NCBI GenBank assembly: GCA_001784565.1
Contig: MFRL01000086.1
Coordinates: forward strand, 1-62,195
Direction of reading: 5' to 3'
DNA: 62,195 nt
From: Candidatus Melainabacteria bacterium GWF2_37_15
GTDB taxonomy: Bacteria; Cyanobacteriota; Vampirovibrionia; Gastranaerophilales; UBA9971
The notes beneath the pieces are model-generated. The model was not told where the DNA came from. It saw only the letters and a list, made by a program, of their open reading frames with translations, and ran no database searches. Positions 40,322 to 49,560 of this stretch are shown piece by piece. The position numbers and the translations under genes are program-made. Position 1 is the stretch's first letter. The number at the start of each line of letters is the position of its first letter.

Positions 40322-40738
40322 ATGCCAAGAGAACTAACCGAAAAGCAAAAGAAATTTTGCGAATGTTATGTTGAAACAAACAGTGTTAAAAAATCCGGGG
40401 AAAAGGCTGGCTACGCAAAGTCAACAATTAAAGGCAGCCTATATAGATATTTGAAAAAGCCTTTAATAATTGAGTATATAAAAATTCTTAAAGTTAACAA
40501 AATATACAGTATTGAACAGCTTGTTAAAGACCTTAACACAGCAATGGAAGTGGCAGTAGAGGCCAAAAAACCTGACCAGATTATTAAAATTATTGAATTC
40601 AGAATGAAATTATCCGGTCTTGAAGAGCTTATAAAGCCAGAAAATAAAACTATTGTAGAAGACAAACCTGAAAAAGATTTTTTTAAAGAAATTGAAGAGC
40701 TGACAAATGAACTTGAACGAAAAGGTTACACTGATTAA
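40322..40738 (+). CDS. Terminase small subunit
   Basis: LTEKQKKFCECYVETNSVKKSGEKAGYAKST is the HTH motif of the Terminase_2 type. The gene sits immediately upstream of the large subunit. Confidence 0.75.
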   Translation: MPRELTEKQKKFCECYVETNSVKKSGEKAGYAKSTIKGSLYRYLKKPLIIEYIKILKVNKIYSIEQLVKDLNTAMEVAVEAKKPDQIIKIIEFRMKLSGLEELIKPENKTIVEDKPEKDFFKEIEELTNELERKGYTD

Positions 40739-42014
40739 GACAATTTATAACAATAAATATATACCTGAAAAATTTAGGCCAACAAATAAACAAATAAAAT
40801 TTCTTCTTAATGAAAAAAGAGAAGTGCTTTATGGCGGGGCAGCAGGGGGAGGCAAATCAGTAGCGCTATTAATGGCGGCGTTGATGTATGTGGATGTGCC
40901 AAATTACAAAGCATTATTGCTTAGAAGAACTTACTCTCAGCTCGCATTACCGTGCGCATTAATGGATATGGCGCATGCCTGGCTGGATGATAAAAAAGAC
41001 GCTACATGGTGCGCACAACAAAAACAGTGGACTTTCAAATCCGGTGCAACTCTAACCTTCGGTTATCTTGATACGGAAAGGGACAAGTATAGATACCAGG
41101 GTGCAGCCTTCCATTTTGTGGGATTTGATGAGTTAACCCAGTTTACAGAAGCACAATATATTTACTTGTTTTCAAGAATAAGAAAATCCATAACAACTGA
41201 AATTCCTTTAAGGTTTAGAGCAGCATCTAATCCTGGCGGGGTAGGACATGACTGGGTAAAAAAAAGGTTTTTTCAAGAAAAAACACCTGACAGGGTTTTT
41301 ATTTCGGCAGGTTTGAGTGATAACCCTTATCTTGACAGGGAAGAATATGAAAAAAACCTGAATGAGCTCGACCCGGTAACAAGAAAGCAGCTCAGGGACG
41401 GGGATTGGGATATATTGCCGGGGGGTAACTTTTTCCATCGCGAAAAATTTGAAATTGTGGATGATTATCCAAAAAATGCCAGAACTGTCAGGTACTGGGA
41501 TATGGCGGCATCGGAAAGGTTCGGGGCTGACTTTACTGCAGGGGTTAAGATTTGTGCCTATAACGGGCAGTATTGGATTGTGGATGTTATCAGGGAAAAG
41601 AGTTCCCCGGCAGGAATTGAGAATTTAATAAAACAGACTGCTGAACTGGACGGTATAGGCGTGGAAATCTTTATGGAGCAGGAGCCGGGTAGCTCAGGGA
41701 TTAACACAATTAGCCATTATGCCCGGAATATACTTAACGGGTTTGCATTTAAAGGTATCAGGAGTACCGGAAGCAAGATCACACGAGTGCAGCCTTTTGC
41801 GGCGGCAGTGGAAAACAATAATGTTAAGGTTGTCCGGGGGTTATGGAACCGGGCATTTATTGATGAATGCGTGATATTCCCGCAGCCAAATTACCATGAT
41901 GACCAGGTGGACGCGGCTGGTGGGGCGTTCGAGCAGTTGAACTGGGCATCAAGCGTGGCACAGATTACTACTGCAAAGATTGACAGGGCGTCGAGGGTGT
42001 GCGAGGGGTATTAG
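40707..42014 (+). CDS. Terminase large subunit
   Basis: The Walker A motif is YGGAAGGGKS, the Walker B-like motif is FVGFDELTQF, and the C-terminal nuclease region reads YWDMAAS...DDQVDA. Confidence 0.88.
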   Translation: MNLNEKVTLIKTIYNNKYIPEKFRPTNKQIKFLLNEKREVLYGGAAGGGKSVALLMAALMYVDVPNYKALLLRRTYSQLALPCALMDMAHAWLDDKKDATWCAQQKQWTFKSGATLTFGYLDTERDKYRYQGAAFHFVGFDELTQFTEAQYIYLFSRIRKSITTEIPLRFRAASNPGGVGHDWVKKRFFQEKTPDRVFISAGLSDNPYLDREEYEKNLNELDPVTRKQLRDGDWDILPGGNFFHREKFEIVDDYPKNARTVRYWDMAASERFGADFTAGVKICAYNGQYWIVDVIREKSSPAGIENLIKQTAELDGIGVEIFMEQEPGSSGINTISHYARNILNGFAFKGIRSTGSKITRVQPFAAAVENNNVKVVRGLWNRAFIDECVIFPQPNYHDDQVDAAGGAFEQLNWASSVAQITTAKIDRASRVCEGY

Positions 42015-42020
42015 AGAAGC

Positions 42021-42317
42021 TTAGGAATCGTAGTTAGGAGTGGTATTTACTTTTATTTCTCCAACTACTTTGTAGTAAGGGCTTCCTTTTGGAATAACTA
42101 CAAGTTTTTCTGGAACAATGGGATGGCCATAACAGTCGCCATTACCATTATCATGTGTAACTAATATTTGTTCTCGAGTTTCTCTGCTTTTAACTATATG
42201 TCCTGGTACTACTTCATCGGATTTAGAGGGATGAAAGCCTAAATCTCTTATCTTTGCGTCAATTTTAGTCATTCCTGTAATTTGTGGTGAACTGCCAAAA
42301 CCTAATTTTGAAATCAT
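42021..42317 (-). CDS. Hypothetical protein, reverse-strand cargo between terminase and portal
   Basis: Clean 98-aa ORF with GGTAAT..ATG context and no recognised motif. Confidence 0.45.
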   Translation of the reverse strand: MISKLGFGSSPQITGMTKIDAKIRDLGFHPSKSDEVVPGHIVKSRETREQILVTHDNGNGDCYGHPIVPEKLVVIPKGSPYYKVVGEIKVNTTPNYDS

Positions 42318-42426
42318 AATATTACCTCTATTTGAAATTTTTAACTTACATATGTTCTAAAAACCCTAAAAAAAAGAATTAACACTTTTAGACAAAAATT
42401 TTTAAAAAAAATATTAAGGAGAAAAC

Positions 42427-43638
42427 ATGAAGTTTTTTGACTTTTTCAAAAACCAGAAATCAAAGCCCGCAAAGCGTTATTACAAAGAAGCTCCTAAAAC
42501 ATTAGGGCAGGAGCTGGCAAAACGCGAAAACCTTGACCTTAACCTCATTATGGGATATCTTCCCGACCCGGACGAAATACTTACTAATTCTGGCAGGGAT
42601 ATTGGGACTTATCGGGAATTAATGATAGATTCCCAGGTGCGGGCGTGTGTGAATTCAAGAAAAGCCGGCACATTGAGTCTCTTGTGGGAAATTGACAGGG
42701 GAAAGGTTAAGTCAAGACAGGCTAAACTTATACAAGACCTATACAGTGACCTTGATATTGATGCTTTGAACTCGGCGATATTAAATGCGCCGATGTTCGG
42801 ATTCCAGCCAATTGAAATTATCTGGGAAAAAGTAGGGAAATATATCCTCCCTGTTGATCTTTTACCTAAAAATCAGGAGTGGTTTTTGTTTGACAAAGAC
42901 GGAAAACTCAGGCTTTCAACCCTTAATAACTGCATAAGCGGTGAAGAATTACCGGAGAGGAAGTTTTTAACACCTACATACAACGACATACACAATAAAA
43001 ACTACAACCCATACGGCGACAGGGTATTGAGTTCGTGTTTCTGGCCGGTGACATTCAAGAAATCCGGTTTTAAATGGTGGGTTACATTTACTGAGAAGTA
43101 TGGAATGCCTTATATAATCGGAAAACTGCCGCGGCACACCATGGATTCCGAGCGGGAAAGTATGAAAGACCAGCTTGAAGCAATGGTAAAGGATGCGGTT
43201 GCTGTTATTTCCGATGATGCGAAGCTGGAATTTATTGAGCCGGGTGAAAAAAGCTCGAGGTCGGATTTATATGAAAATTTAATAAATGCGTGTGATCATG
43301 CGATATCTAAGGCTGTATTGGGTCAAACACTCACCACTGACGGCAACCAGGGCGGAGCTGGCTCTTATGCGTTAGGGAAAGTTCACGCAGGAGTAAGGGA
43401 AGATATTGTTTATTCAGACAAAAAGATAGTTGAGAGAGCGCATAACCAGTTAATCAGGTGGATATGGGAGATTAATTTTAATTATGGCGAGATACCCAAG
43501 TTTTCTATGTTTGCAGAGGAAGAGGTTAACAAGGCTCTTGCTGAGCGGGATGAGATACTTGTTAAGCAAGGTATTAAGTTTTCTAAATCTTATTACATTA
43601 CGAATTATGGATTGTCAGATAGGGATTTTGAAATATGA
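42427..43638 (+). CDS. Portal protein (Mu gp29 / DUF935-like)
   Basis: GGAG lies upstream of the ATG. The call rests on FKKSGFKWWVTFTEKYGMPYIIGK and position after the terminase. Confidence 0.8.
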   Translation: MKFFDFFKNQKSKPAKRYYKEAPKTLGQELAKRENLDLNLIMGYLPDPDEILTNSGRDIGTYRELMIDSQVRACVNSRKAGTLSLLWEIDRGKVKSRQAKLIQDLYSDLDIDALNSAILNAPMFGFQPIEIIWEKVGKYILPVDLLPKNQEWFLFDKDGKLRLSTLNNCISGEELPERKFLTPTYNDIHNKNYNPYGDRVLSSCFWPVTFKKSGFKWWVTFTEKYGMPYIIGKLPRHTMDSERESMKDQLEAMVKDAVAVISDDAKLEFIEPGEKSSRSDLYENLINACDHAISKAVLGQTLTTDGNQGGAGSYALGKVHAGVREDIVYSDKKIVERAHNQLIRWIWEINFNYGEIPKFSMFAEEEVNKALAERDEILVKQGIKFSKSYYITNYGLSDRDFEI

Positions 43639-43775
43639 AAGATTTTAACATTAAGCTTGTGAATGCATACAACAATTATGTTGTTATTTATAAGTACAAA
43701 CCTAAAAAAACCAAAACCCCTACCCTGCGGTTTTTATCGCTGACGGGGAGGGGTTTTGGTTAATAAATATGTTAT

Positions 43776-44351
43776 TTATGCTTTTGGGGTTTTTGAATCT
43801 TTTATTGCCTGATAACCTAATAATCCGGCAAGTGCCACGCCTGTACCAATTATGGCGAACTTTGTCTGCTTAAGTACACCATTTATAACAGCTTTTCCAA
43901 ACCCTTTTTTATTTAGAACATCAAGGTTATCTGTAGCGTTTTCACCTATTTTAGCTAGTTTTGAAACCTGCTTTTCCACTTCTTTAGGCAAGCCTTTTAC
44001 CTTGGTTAATGGAGTTAATGCTGCTTCTGCATCATCTCTTATTGCAGTACCCATAATTTTAGGTAGAAGATCGTATTTTTGACCAACAATTTTCGATAAA
44101 GAATCCTTAGCCTGTCCTAATGCTTCTTTTAACTGTTCAGCACCTTGTTTTGGCAATTCTTTTATAATTTTCTCTATTTTTTTTAAATAACTCTTGGGGA
44201 CAGCCTTTGAAGAGTTTAAATAGATATCGGCTGCGAATCCAACTGTACCACCTGTCGCCATAGCCGTATTAAAATTAGTGCCAAAGCTTTTTTTGCTTTC
44301 CTGTTGTGGTGTTGGCTGTGTGACAGATGGAATTGAATTAATTGTTGTCAT
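43776..44351 (-). CDS. Hypothetical tail-anchored membrane protein (reverse-strand cargo)
   Basis: The protein has a helical body and a single C-terminal TM segment (FAIIGTGVALAGLLGY). Confidence 0.5.
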   Translation of the reverse strand: MTTINSIPSVTQPTPQQESKKSFGTNFNTAMATGGTVGFAADIYLNSSKAVPKSYLKKIEKIIKELPKQGAEQLKEALGQAKDSLSKIVGQKYDLLPKIMGTAIRDDAEAALTPLTKVKGLPKEVEKQVSKLAKIGENATDNLDVLNKKGFGKAVINGVLKQTKFAIIGTGVALAGLLGYQAIKDSKTPKA

Positions 44352-44441
44352 TTTTCCTTCCCCTTACTTTTATCTTCCTATAATTATAAGTCTCGTGAAT
44401 ATGAAAAATTGACATATTTTTGAAAATTAGTTTACAAAAGT

Positions 44442-44855
44442 TTACCAGTCATCATTGTGATAGGCGTCTATTGCAGAATGAATATGGTGAACAGGGCCGG
44501 CAACCCACATTATAACGGATGAAAGCAGTGGAATTTTTGAGGCTTTCCTATAGATTGATTTAAAATATTCCTGCCTAAAACCATTTTCCGCAATATCTTT
44601 AACAATATCTTTTAAATTAACTTTAATATCTTTGGAAATTTTCTTTCCGAGGGCAAGATGAACCGCCAATAAACCGCCCCAGGTTCCTATATCAATTAAT
44701 GCTTTTTCATTTTCACCTTTTATAAATTGTCCTGATCCCGGAATAATAAGCGAAGCAATAGCAGCCTCGGGGTATGTTTCAGGTTTTTTATCTGTGGCTT
44801 TAAAAGCAACTATATGTGGTTGTATTGCTGAGGAAACAGCACTAACGGTTAACAT
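44442..44855 (-). CDS. Hypothetical membrane protein (reverse-strand cargo)
   Basis: It has the IIPGSGQFIKGE motif followed by a TM helix, and a second hydrophobic segment near the C-terminus. Confidence 0.5.
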   Translation of the reverse strand: MLTVSAVSSAIQPHIVAFKATDKKPETYPEAAIASLIIPGSGQFIKGENEKALIDIGTWGGLLAVHLALGKKISKDIKVNLKDIVKDIAENGFRQEYFKSIYRKASKIPLLSSVIMWVAGPVHHIHSAIDAYHNDDW

Positions 44856-44936
44856 TTTCTTTTCCTTGTTTACCTTTTCATAACTTTAAAGCAAATTTCA
44901 GCATTTTGCTATTAAAAAAAGATTAAAAATAAACCA

Positions 44937-45003
44937 GGGCAGACACACGAGTCTGCCCCTACAAAATTACATTAATTGCCGCGTGGGCTGAAGCCCACCC
45001 TAT
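44937..45003. repeat. A-B composite repeat unit
   Basis: The unit is gggcagacacacgagtctgcccctac, then aaaattacattaatt, then gccgcgtgggctgaagcccaccctat. The same A-spacer-B arrangement occurs at 36374-36459 and 36536-36601. Confidence 0.75.
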
Positions 45004-45054
45004 GGCAACGTTGTATTGCAATAGCAGTCAAGCTTATCAAATGGAGATTAAATT

Positions 45055-45921
45055 ATGAATTATTTCGAAAATCAGTGGGTTGAAATCTTTAGGGCTGGAG
45101 AACAGACCGATTCAGTCGGAAATACCAGGGATTGGACTGAGAGTGACCTTGAAAAAATAGTAAACCAGTACAATGCAAAAAAACATGAAGCGCCTGTAGT
45201 TATTGGCCATCCTAAGGAAAATGCTCCTGCTTTTGGCTGGGTGGAGGATCTTAAGACAGATGGCAGGGTATTGTTTGCAAAGTTTAAGCAGCTTGTGCCG
45301 GAATTTATTGACGCAGTTAAAAATGGGATGTATAAAAAACGCTCCATTAGCCTTTATCCTGATTTTACACTAAGGCATGTGGGATTTTTGGGAGCGATTC
45401 CACCTGCTGTTAAAGGATTAGCAGATATTCAATTTAATGAAACAGACAATATAACTATAGAATTTAGTACGCCGACAAGGGGAGCAGATCAAATGATTGA
45501 AAAAGACAGAAAAATTAACGAATTAAGAGCTCAGCTCAGGGCTGAGCAGAAGAAAAACAGAGTGGCAGAATTTAAAGAGTTTGCGGGGAAGCTGCATTCA
45601 GAAGGACGAATCGTGTCAGAGCTTCAAAATAATGTAGTGGAATTAATGGAAGCATTGTATGAAACAGGGGAATATAACTTTTCTGATGGCAGGACTAATA
45701 CCCTGGTTAAATTTAAGGAATATTTAAAAAAACAGCCGAAAATTGTGGAATTTGGCGAAAAGGTCAAAGAAGAGAAAATTTCAGGCAGTAAAGCTTCTGA
45801 GCAATTGAATATTCTTGCTGTAGAAAAGGCAAAAGAAAAACAAATAAGGTTCAGTGATGCGTTGAGCCTGGTACAAGTTGAATATCCTGACCTGGCGACC
45901 AAGGCAGCGCAGGAAATATAG
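45055..45921 (+). CDS. Prohead protease/scaffold protein (Mu gpI-like)
   Basis: The sequence reads WVEIFRAGEQTD..G......VIGHPKENAPAFGWVEDLKTDGRVLFAKF...YKKRSISL, followed by a coiled-coil C-terminal half. It lies between the portal and capsid genes. Confidence 0.65.
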   Translation: MNYFENQWVEIFRAGEQTDSVGNTRDWTESDLEKIVNQYNAKKHEAPVVIGHPKENAPAFGWVEDLKTDGRVLFAKFKQLVPEFIDAVKNGMYKKRSISLYPDFTLRHVGFLGAIPPAVKGLADIQFNETDNITIEFSTPTRGADQMIEKDRKINELRAQLRAEQKKNRVAEFKEFAGKLHSEGRIVSELQNNVVELMEALYETGEYNFSDGRTNTLVKFKEYLKKQPKIVEFGEKVKEEKISGSKASEQLNILAVEKAKEKQIRFSDALSLVQVEYPDLATKAAQEI

Positions 45922-45948
45922 TAATTAATCAAAAAAGGAGATTTTAAA

Positions 45949-46353
45949 ATGGCATTTCAAAGTTCACCAGTATTAGATTTCAGCTTTAAAGCAGCTGAGG
46001 ATCTCAGCAATTATCAGTATCATTTCATAATAATCGACTCAAACGGTAAAGTTGCACTTATGAACGCAATAGGGGATTATCCTATAGGCGTCCTGCAAAA
46101 TGCGCCAGGAGCAGACGAAGAAGCAACCGTAAGAATTCTAGGGATTTCCAAGGTTGTAGCAAATGCAGCCATCGACGAAGGATCACTTGTTAACGCTGAA
46201 TTTGTCAGCACATCAGACTGTGGAAAAGCTCAGGCTACTACTACAGATAACGTAACATGCTGTGGAATAGTATTAGGTGCATCAGGAGCAGAAGATGACC
46301 TGGCCAGCGTGTTATTAACTCCTCTTGGCAGTAAGCCAGTGGCAAAAGCATAA
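45949..46353 (+). CDS. Head decoration / DUF2190-like protein
   Basis: It is small, sits immediately upstream of the capsid gene, and has a GVLQNAPGADEEATV beta-rich pattern. Confidence 0.5.
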   Translation: MAFQSSPVLDFSFKAAEDLSNYQYHFIIIDSNGKVALMNAIGDYPIGVLQNAPGADEEATVRILGISKVVANAAIDEGSLVNAEFVSTSDCGKAQATTTDNVTCCGIVLGASGAEDDLASVLLTPLGSKPVAKA

Positions 46354-46383
46354 ACAATAGATAAAAATTAAAGGAGAATTAAT

Positions 46384-47385
46384 ATGGTCATAGGAAAAAA
46401 TATCGTTACAGCAAGCGCATTAAGAAACGCTTCAATATTTTATCAAACCCCGGAATTTATCGCAGATCAGGTATTCCCTGTTCTCCCGGCAAATGCGCCG
46501 ACAATGAAAATCACAAAATATCTCGCTTCCGACTATTTCAGAAATGATGCCGATGTACGTGGAGAAGGCGGGGAAGCAAAAAGAGGCGGCTTTAAAACTA
46601 CAGAAGTTACTTTCAGCACAGTAGAAACAGCTTTTGCAGTGCCTATAACAGACGAATTAAGAAGAAATGCAAAAAAACAATCTGCACAGCCGCTTCAGCC
46701 TGATATTGAAGCAGTTGAGCTGGCAAAAAGAAAAGTAATGCTTAAAAGGGAATCAGAAGTTGCTTCCCTTATTACAGCGGCAACCTGGGCGGACGGAGTG
46801 GCAGGAGGAGAAGATGCAGAGGGAGCCTGGGCTTCTACTGCAGGAACAAACACTTTTAAGGCAGATCTAAAAAAAGCTTTAAAAACCTTAAGAGAAAAAG
46901 GCATAGCATCTGGCGCCAATATGGAAATCAGACTGTTAATGGATGATTTAACCTTTGATGAAGTTGTTGAAATTTCTGATATTAAAGACCAGATAAAATA
47001 CACTTCTGCTGAATCAATCACTCCTGACCTATTAGCCAGGATTTTAAAAATTGACAAAGTTATTGTTCCTTCAGTAATAGAAAATATTGCCAAAGAAACC
47101 AAAGCAGGGACGGAATTTACCGCATCAAGAGTATGGCAAATCAACGCAAATAAAGGTATGGCAATATTATACGCATATCCAAAACGTCTTGGATTACGGG
47201 TAATGTCAGCAGGTCTTATTGTTAACGATAGATTCGATGATGAAGAAGGCGGCGAGCATGAAAGAATAATGAAATGGAGAGAGGCATCAAACCACCAGGA
47301 TGTTTATGAAGTCGGCGAACTTCGTGACCAGTTACAGGTTTGTGCTGAGGCTGCATATATGTTCAAGGATACTATATTGACATAA
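46384..47385 (+). CDS. Major capsid protein (HK97-fold, capsid-protein-E-like)
   Basis: The call rests on size (333 aa), position, a strong AAAGGAG RBS, and the N-terminal FYQTPEFIADQVFPV pattern. Confidence 0.75.
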   Translation: MVIGKNIVTASALRNASIFYQTPEFIADQVFPVLPANAPTMKITKYLASDYFRNDADVRGEGGEAKRGGFKTTEVTFSTVETAFAVPITDELRRNAKKQSAQPLQPDIEAVELAKRKVMLKRESEVASLITAATWADGVAGGEDAEGAWASTAGTNTFKADLKKALKTLREKGIASGANMEIRLLMDDLTFDEVVEISDIKDQIKYTSAESITPDLLARILKIDKVIVPSVIENIAKETKAGTEFTASRVWQINANKGMAILYAYPKRLGLRVMSAGLIVNDRFDDEEGGEHERIMKWREASNHQDVYEVGELRDQLQVCAEAAYMFKDTILT

Positions 47386-47410
47386 ATAGTTATTATTTGC
47401 GGCGTTTATT

Positions 47411-47566
47411 GCCGCGTGGGCTAAAGCCCACCCTATAAATTATAAAATGGAATTAGGTGTAAGGGCGAAGCCCTTACCCAAACCTAAACCCCCTCCCTTA
47501 AGGGAGGGGGTAGGGGGAGGGTGTTACAGCCACACTGGAAAGATCCTGAAACAAGTTCAGGATGAC
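47411..47566. repeat. Mosaic of modules B, G, E, C directly after the capsid gene
   Basis: B is at 47411-47436, G (gtaagggcgaagcccttac) at 47459-47477, E (cccctcccttaagggagggggtagggggagggtg) at 47489-47523, and C at 47542-47566. Confidence 0.75.
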
Positions 47567-47583
47567 GGTTTAAAGGAGTTAAT

Positions 47584-48042
47584 ATGAGCTACTGTTCAAC
47601 AAGTGATATACAGGCAGTTATTGCTAATGATGATTTGGTGCAGTTAACCAATGATTCCGGCGGCGATACTGTCGATACAACAAAAATAACAGACGCTATC
47701 AGCTATGTTGATAATATAATAGACGGCTATTTACGGGGGAGGTATGACCTCCCTCTCGCGTCAATTCCTGATGAACTGAAGTATATAGCTGTGGATTTTG
47801 TTGTATACAGGCTATACAGCCGCAGGTTATATACGGAAGTACCTGATAGCATACTAAAAAAATATTACGAAGTAATAAAAACCCTTCAGGATATACAAAA
47901 GGGGGCATTTAACCTTGGGGTGGAAAATACCAGCGCATTTAATAATCCTGCGCTTAAAACAAACAAGGACACCACCTCATCTTCTGTTAATAAATATTTT
48001 AATAAAGAAAAATGGGATGAATATGACGCATGGCTATCTTAA
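47584..48042 (+). CDS. Head-tail connector protein (Mu gp36 / DUF1320-like)
   Basis: The protein starts MSYCSTSDIQAVI..DDLVQLTND......D...I.DAI.....IDGYLRGRYDLPL. Confidence 0.7.
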   Translation: MSYCSTSDIQAVIANDDLVQLTNDSGGDTVDTTKITDAISYVDNIIDGYLRGRYDLPLASIPDELKYIAVDFVVYRLYSRRLYTEVPDSILKKYYEVIKTLQDIQKGAFNLGVENTSAFNNPALKTNKDTTSSSVNKYFNKEKWDEYDAWLS

Positions 48043-48422
48043 CGATTGAAAACGACATTATAAGCCAACTGCAAAGCAGTATAACAGAACTCAAGGTCGA
48101 GGGATTCCCGGAAAATCCCTCTGAATATAAACTGCTTCATCCAAAAGGCGCTGTGCTGGTTCGCTTTCAGGGAGCCAGCTACAGCTCACCAAATGAAGCA
48201 GGATTTATACAGCAAACAGCAAATCTGGAATTTAACTTAACTCTTATGATAAAAGGGTTGAGGGACAAAAACGGGGCTTATAACTATATAGAGGCTATAA
48301 TTTCAGCTTTGACAGGATTTCAGGGGATGTATCCGGCAAAAGTCAGTTTTTTAACTGAGGATGCTGGAATTTGGCGGTATTCGCTAGTTTTTGTTGTTCC
48401 GGGCGAGAATTATTCATTATAA
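48030..48422 (+). CDS. Head-tail joining protein (Mu gp37 / DUF1834-like, tentative)
   Basis: The call rests on position and the N-terminal pattern IENDIISQL...V.GFPENP....LLHPKGAVLVRFQG. Confidence 0.5.
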   Translation: MAILTIENDIISQLQSSITELKVEGFPENPSEYKLLHPKGAVLVRFQGASYSSPNEAGFIQQTANLEFNLTLMIKGLRDKNGAYNYIEAIISALTGFQGMYPAKVSFLTEDAGIWRYSLVFVVPGENYSL

Positions 48423-48434
48423 AAGGAGAAAAAA

Positions 48435-48989
48435 ATGGCAATAAGTAAAACAGCCGCTTTTCGCGGCATTTCCGACTGCAAAATTGCCGCAGTTACTGCT
48501 GACACCGCAGTCTCATTAACTTACGGAACACTGTATGATGTTCCGATTAAAGACCTTAGCATTACGGAAAACAGGGAAAACTATGAACTCAAACACGATG
48601 ACCAGGTTCAGGCACTGGAATCCGTCCTACAGTCAGCTGACGTGAGTGGAACAATTGCGCGTGTACCTATGGATGTCCTGAACATATTTACAGGCGGAGG
48701 GGTAACAGCTTCAGGAACCACGCCTAACCAGGCACAGACCTATGATTTGGATTATAACGATTTGCCCGGCTATTTTAAGCTGGAAATAGTTTCGGCAAAA
48801 GCACACTCAGACGCTGGTGATGTGGCCGATATTCATATCCAGTTCAAAAAATGCAAGATACAGAGTCTGGATTACAGCATTGAGGATGGCTTCGCATCCA
48901 TAAAATTTGCAGCAAAAGCCATCAGAACAATTAACGACGGCCAGATCAAGTCAATTGTATTTAACGAAACCTCCTCCCAAATTAGCTAG
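48435..48989 (+). CDS. Major tail tube protein (non-contractile tail), by position
   Basis: It has an AAAGGAG RBS, is 184 aa, and lies between the connector genes and the tail-chaperone pair. No sheath gene is present. Confidence 0.55.
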   Translation: MAISKTAAFRGISDCKIAAVTADTAVSLTYGTLYDVPIKDLSITENRENYELKHDDQVQALESVLQSADVSGTIARVPMDVLNIFTGGGVTASGTTPNQAQTYDLDYNDLPGYFKLEIVSAKAHSDAGDVADIHIQFKKCKIQSLDYSIEDGFASIKFAAKAIRTINDGQIKSIVFNETSSQIS

Positions 48990-49080
48990 TTCCCGTGCGT
49001 AATAGCGCACCTTACTATGACGCAGGGAGCGATAAATCCCTGTGTCTTTTCCTTTATATAAATAACAGGAGGACAAAGAC

Positions 49081-49536
49081 ATTCCTGAATCTATTATAAT
49101 TTTTGGGTGTTCAGAAAGGATTTTGCAAATAGAAAAGCAGGTTCCTGAGCTTTTGGAAAGACATAATACCCTAGGGCTTAATGCGTTCCCTCTCTATTAT
49201 AAGACCGACTACTGGCTATGGATAAACAATGCTAAATTCGGTAACTGTGTTTATAAAAGGGAAAATACGATTTATAAGCCATATTTTCCCTTAGAATCTA
49301 ATGTAGGGTTAACAAAAACATCTATGAGCGCATCTTTTGCATTAGATTTTGCAGTAAAAATGGGTTATGAAAAGGCAATATTATATGGCATTCTGGATGG
49401 GGAACCTAATTCATACAAGCATTTTTATGATCAAGTAGATAAACCTTCTAATATAAAAAATTTACAGCAGCTTAAGGCAAGAATTGATAGCCACAGAGAT
49501 AAAATTGAGATTGAGATTCCGTTTGGGGCAATATAG
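49081..49536 (+). CDS. Hypothetical protein, weakly MptE/DUF115-like; probable non-ATG start
   Basis: The track ORF starts at TTG 49123, but the frame is open from 49066. A perfect AGGAGG (49067-49072) lies 8 nt before an in-frame ATT (49081). TSMSASFALDFAVKMGYEKAILYGILDGE resembles the C-terminal core of DUF115-type proteins. Confidence 0.35.
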   Translation: MPESIIIFGCSERILQIEKQVPELLERHNTLGLNAFPLYYKTDYWLWINNAKFGNCVYKRENTIYKPYFPLESNVGLTKTSMSASFALDFAVKMGYEKAILYGILDGEPNSYKHFYDQVDKPSNIKNLQQLKARIDSHRDKIEIEIPFGAI

Positions 49537-49560
49537 GAGTTGCAATATAGGAGTTAAATT

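Noticed and set aside
43711-43763. Hairpin aaaacccctaccc...ggggaggggtttt as a canonical rho-independent terminator after the portal gene
   Set aside because: The loop is about 19 nt and the stem has a mismatch. It may still act as a bidirectional stop, but I would not annotate it with confidence, and it also overlaps the 42-codon ORF.
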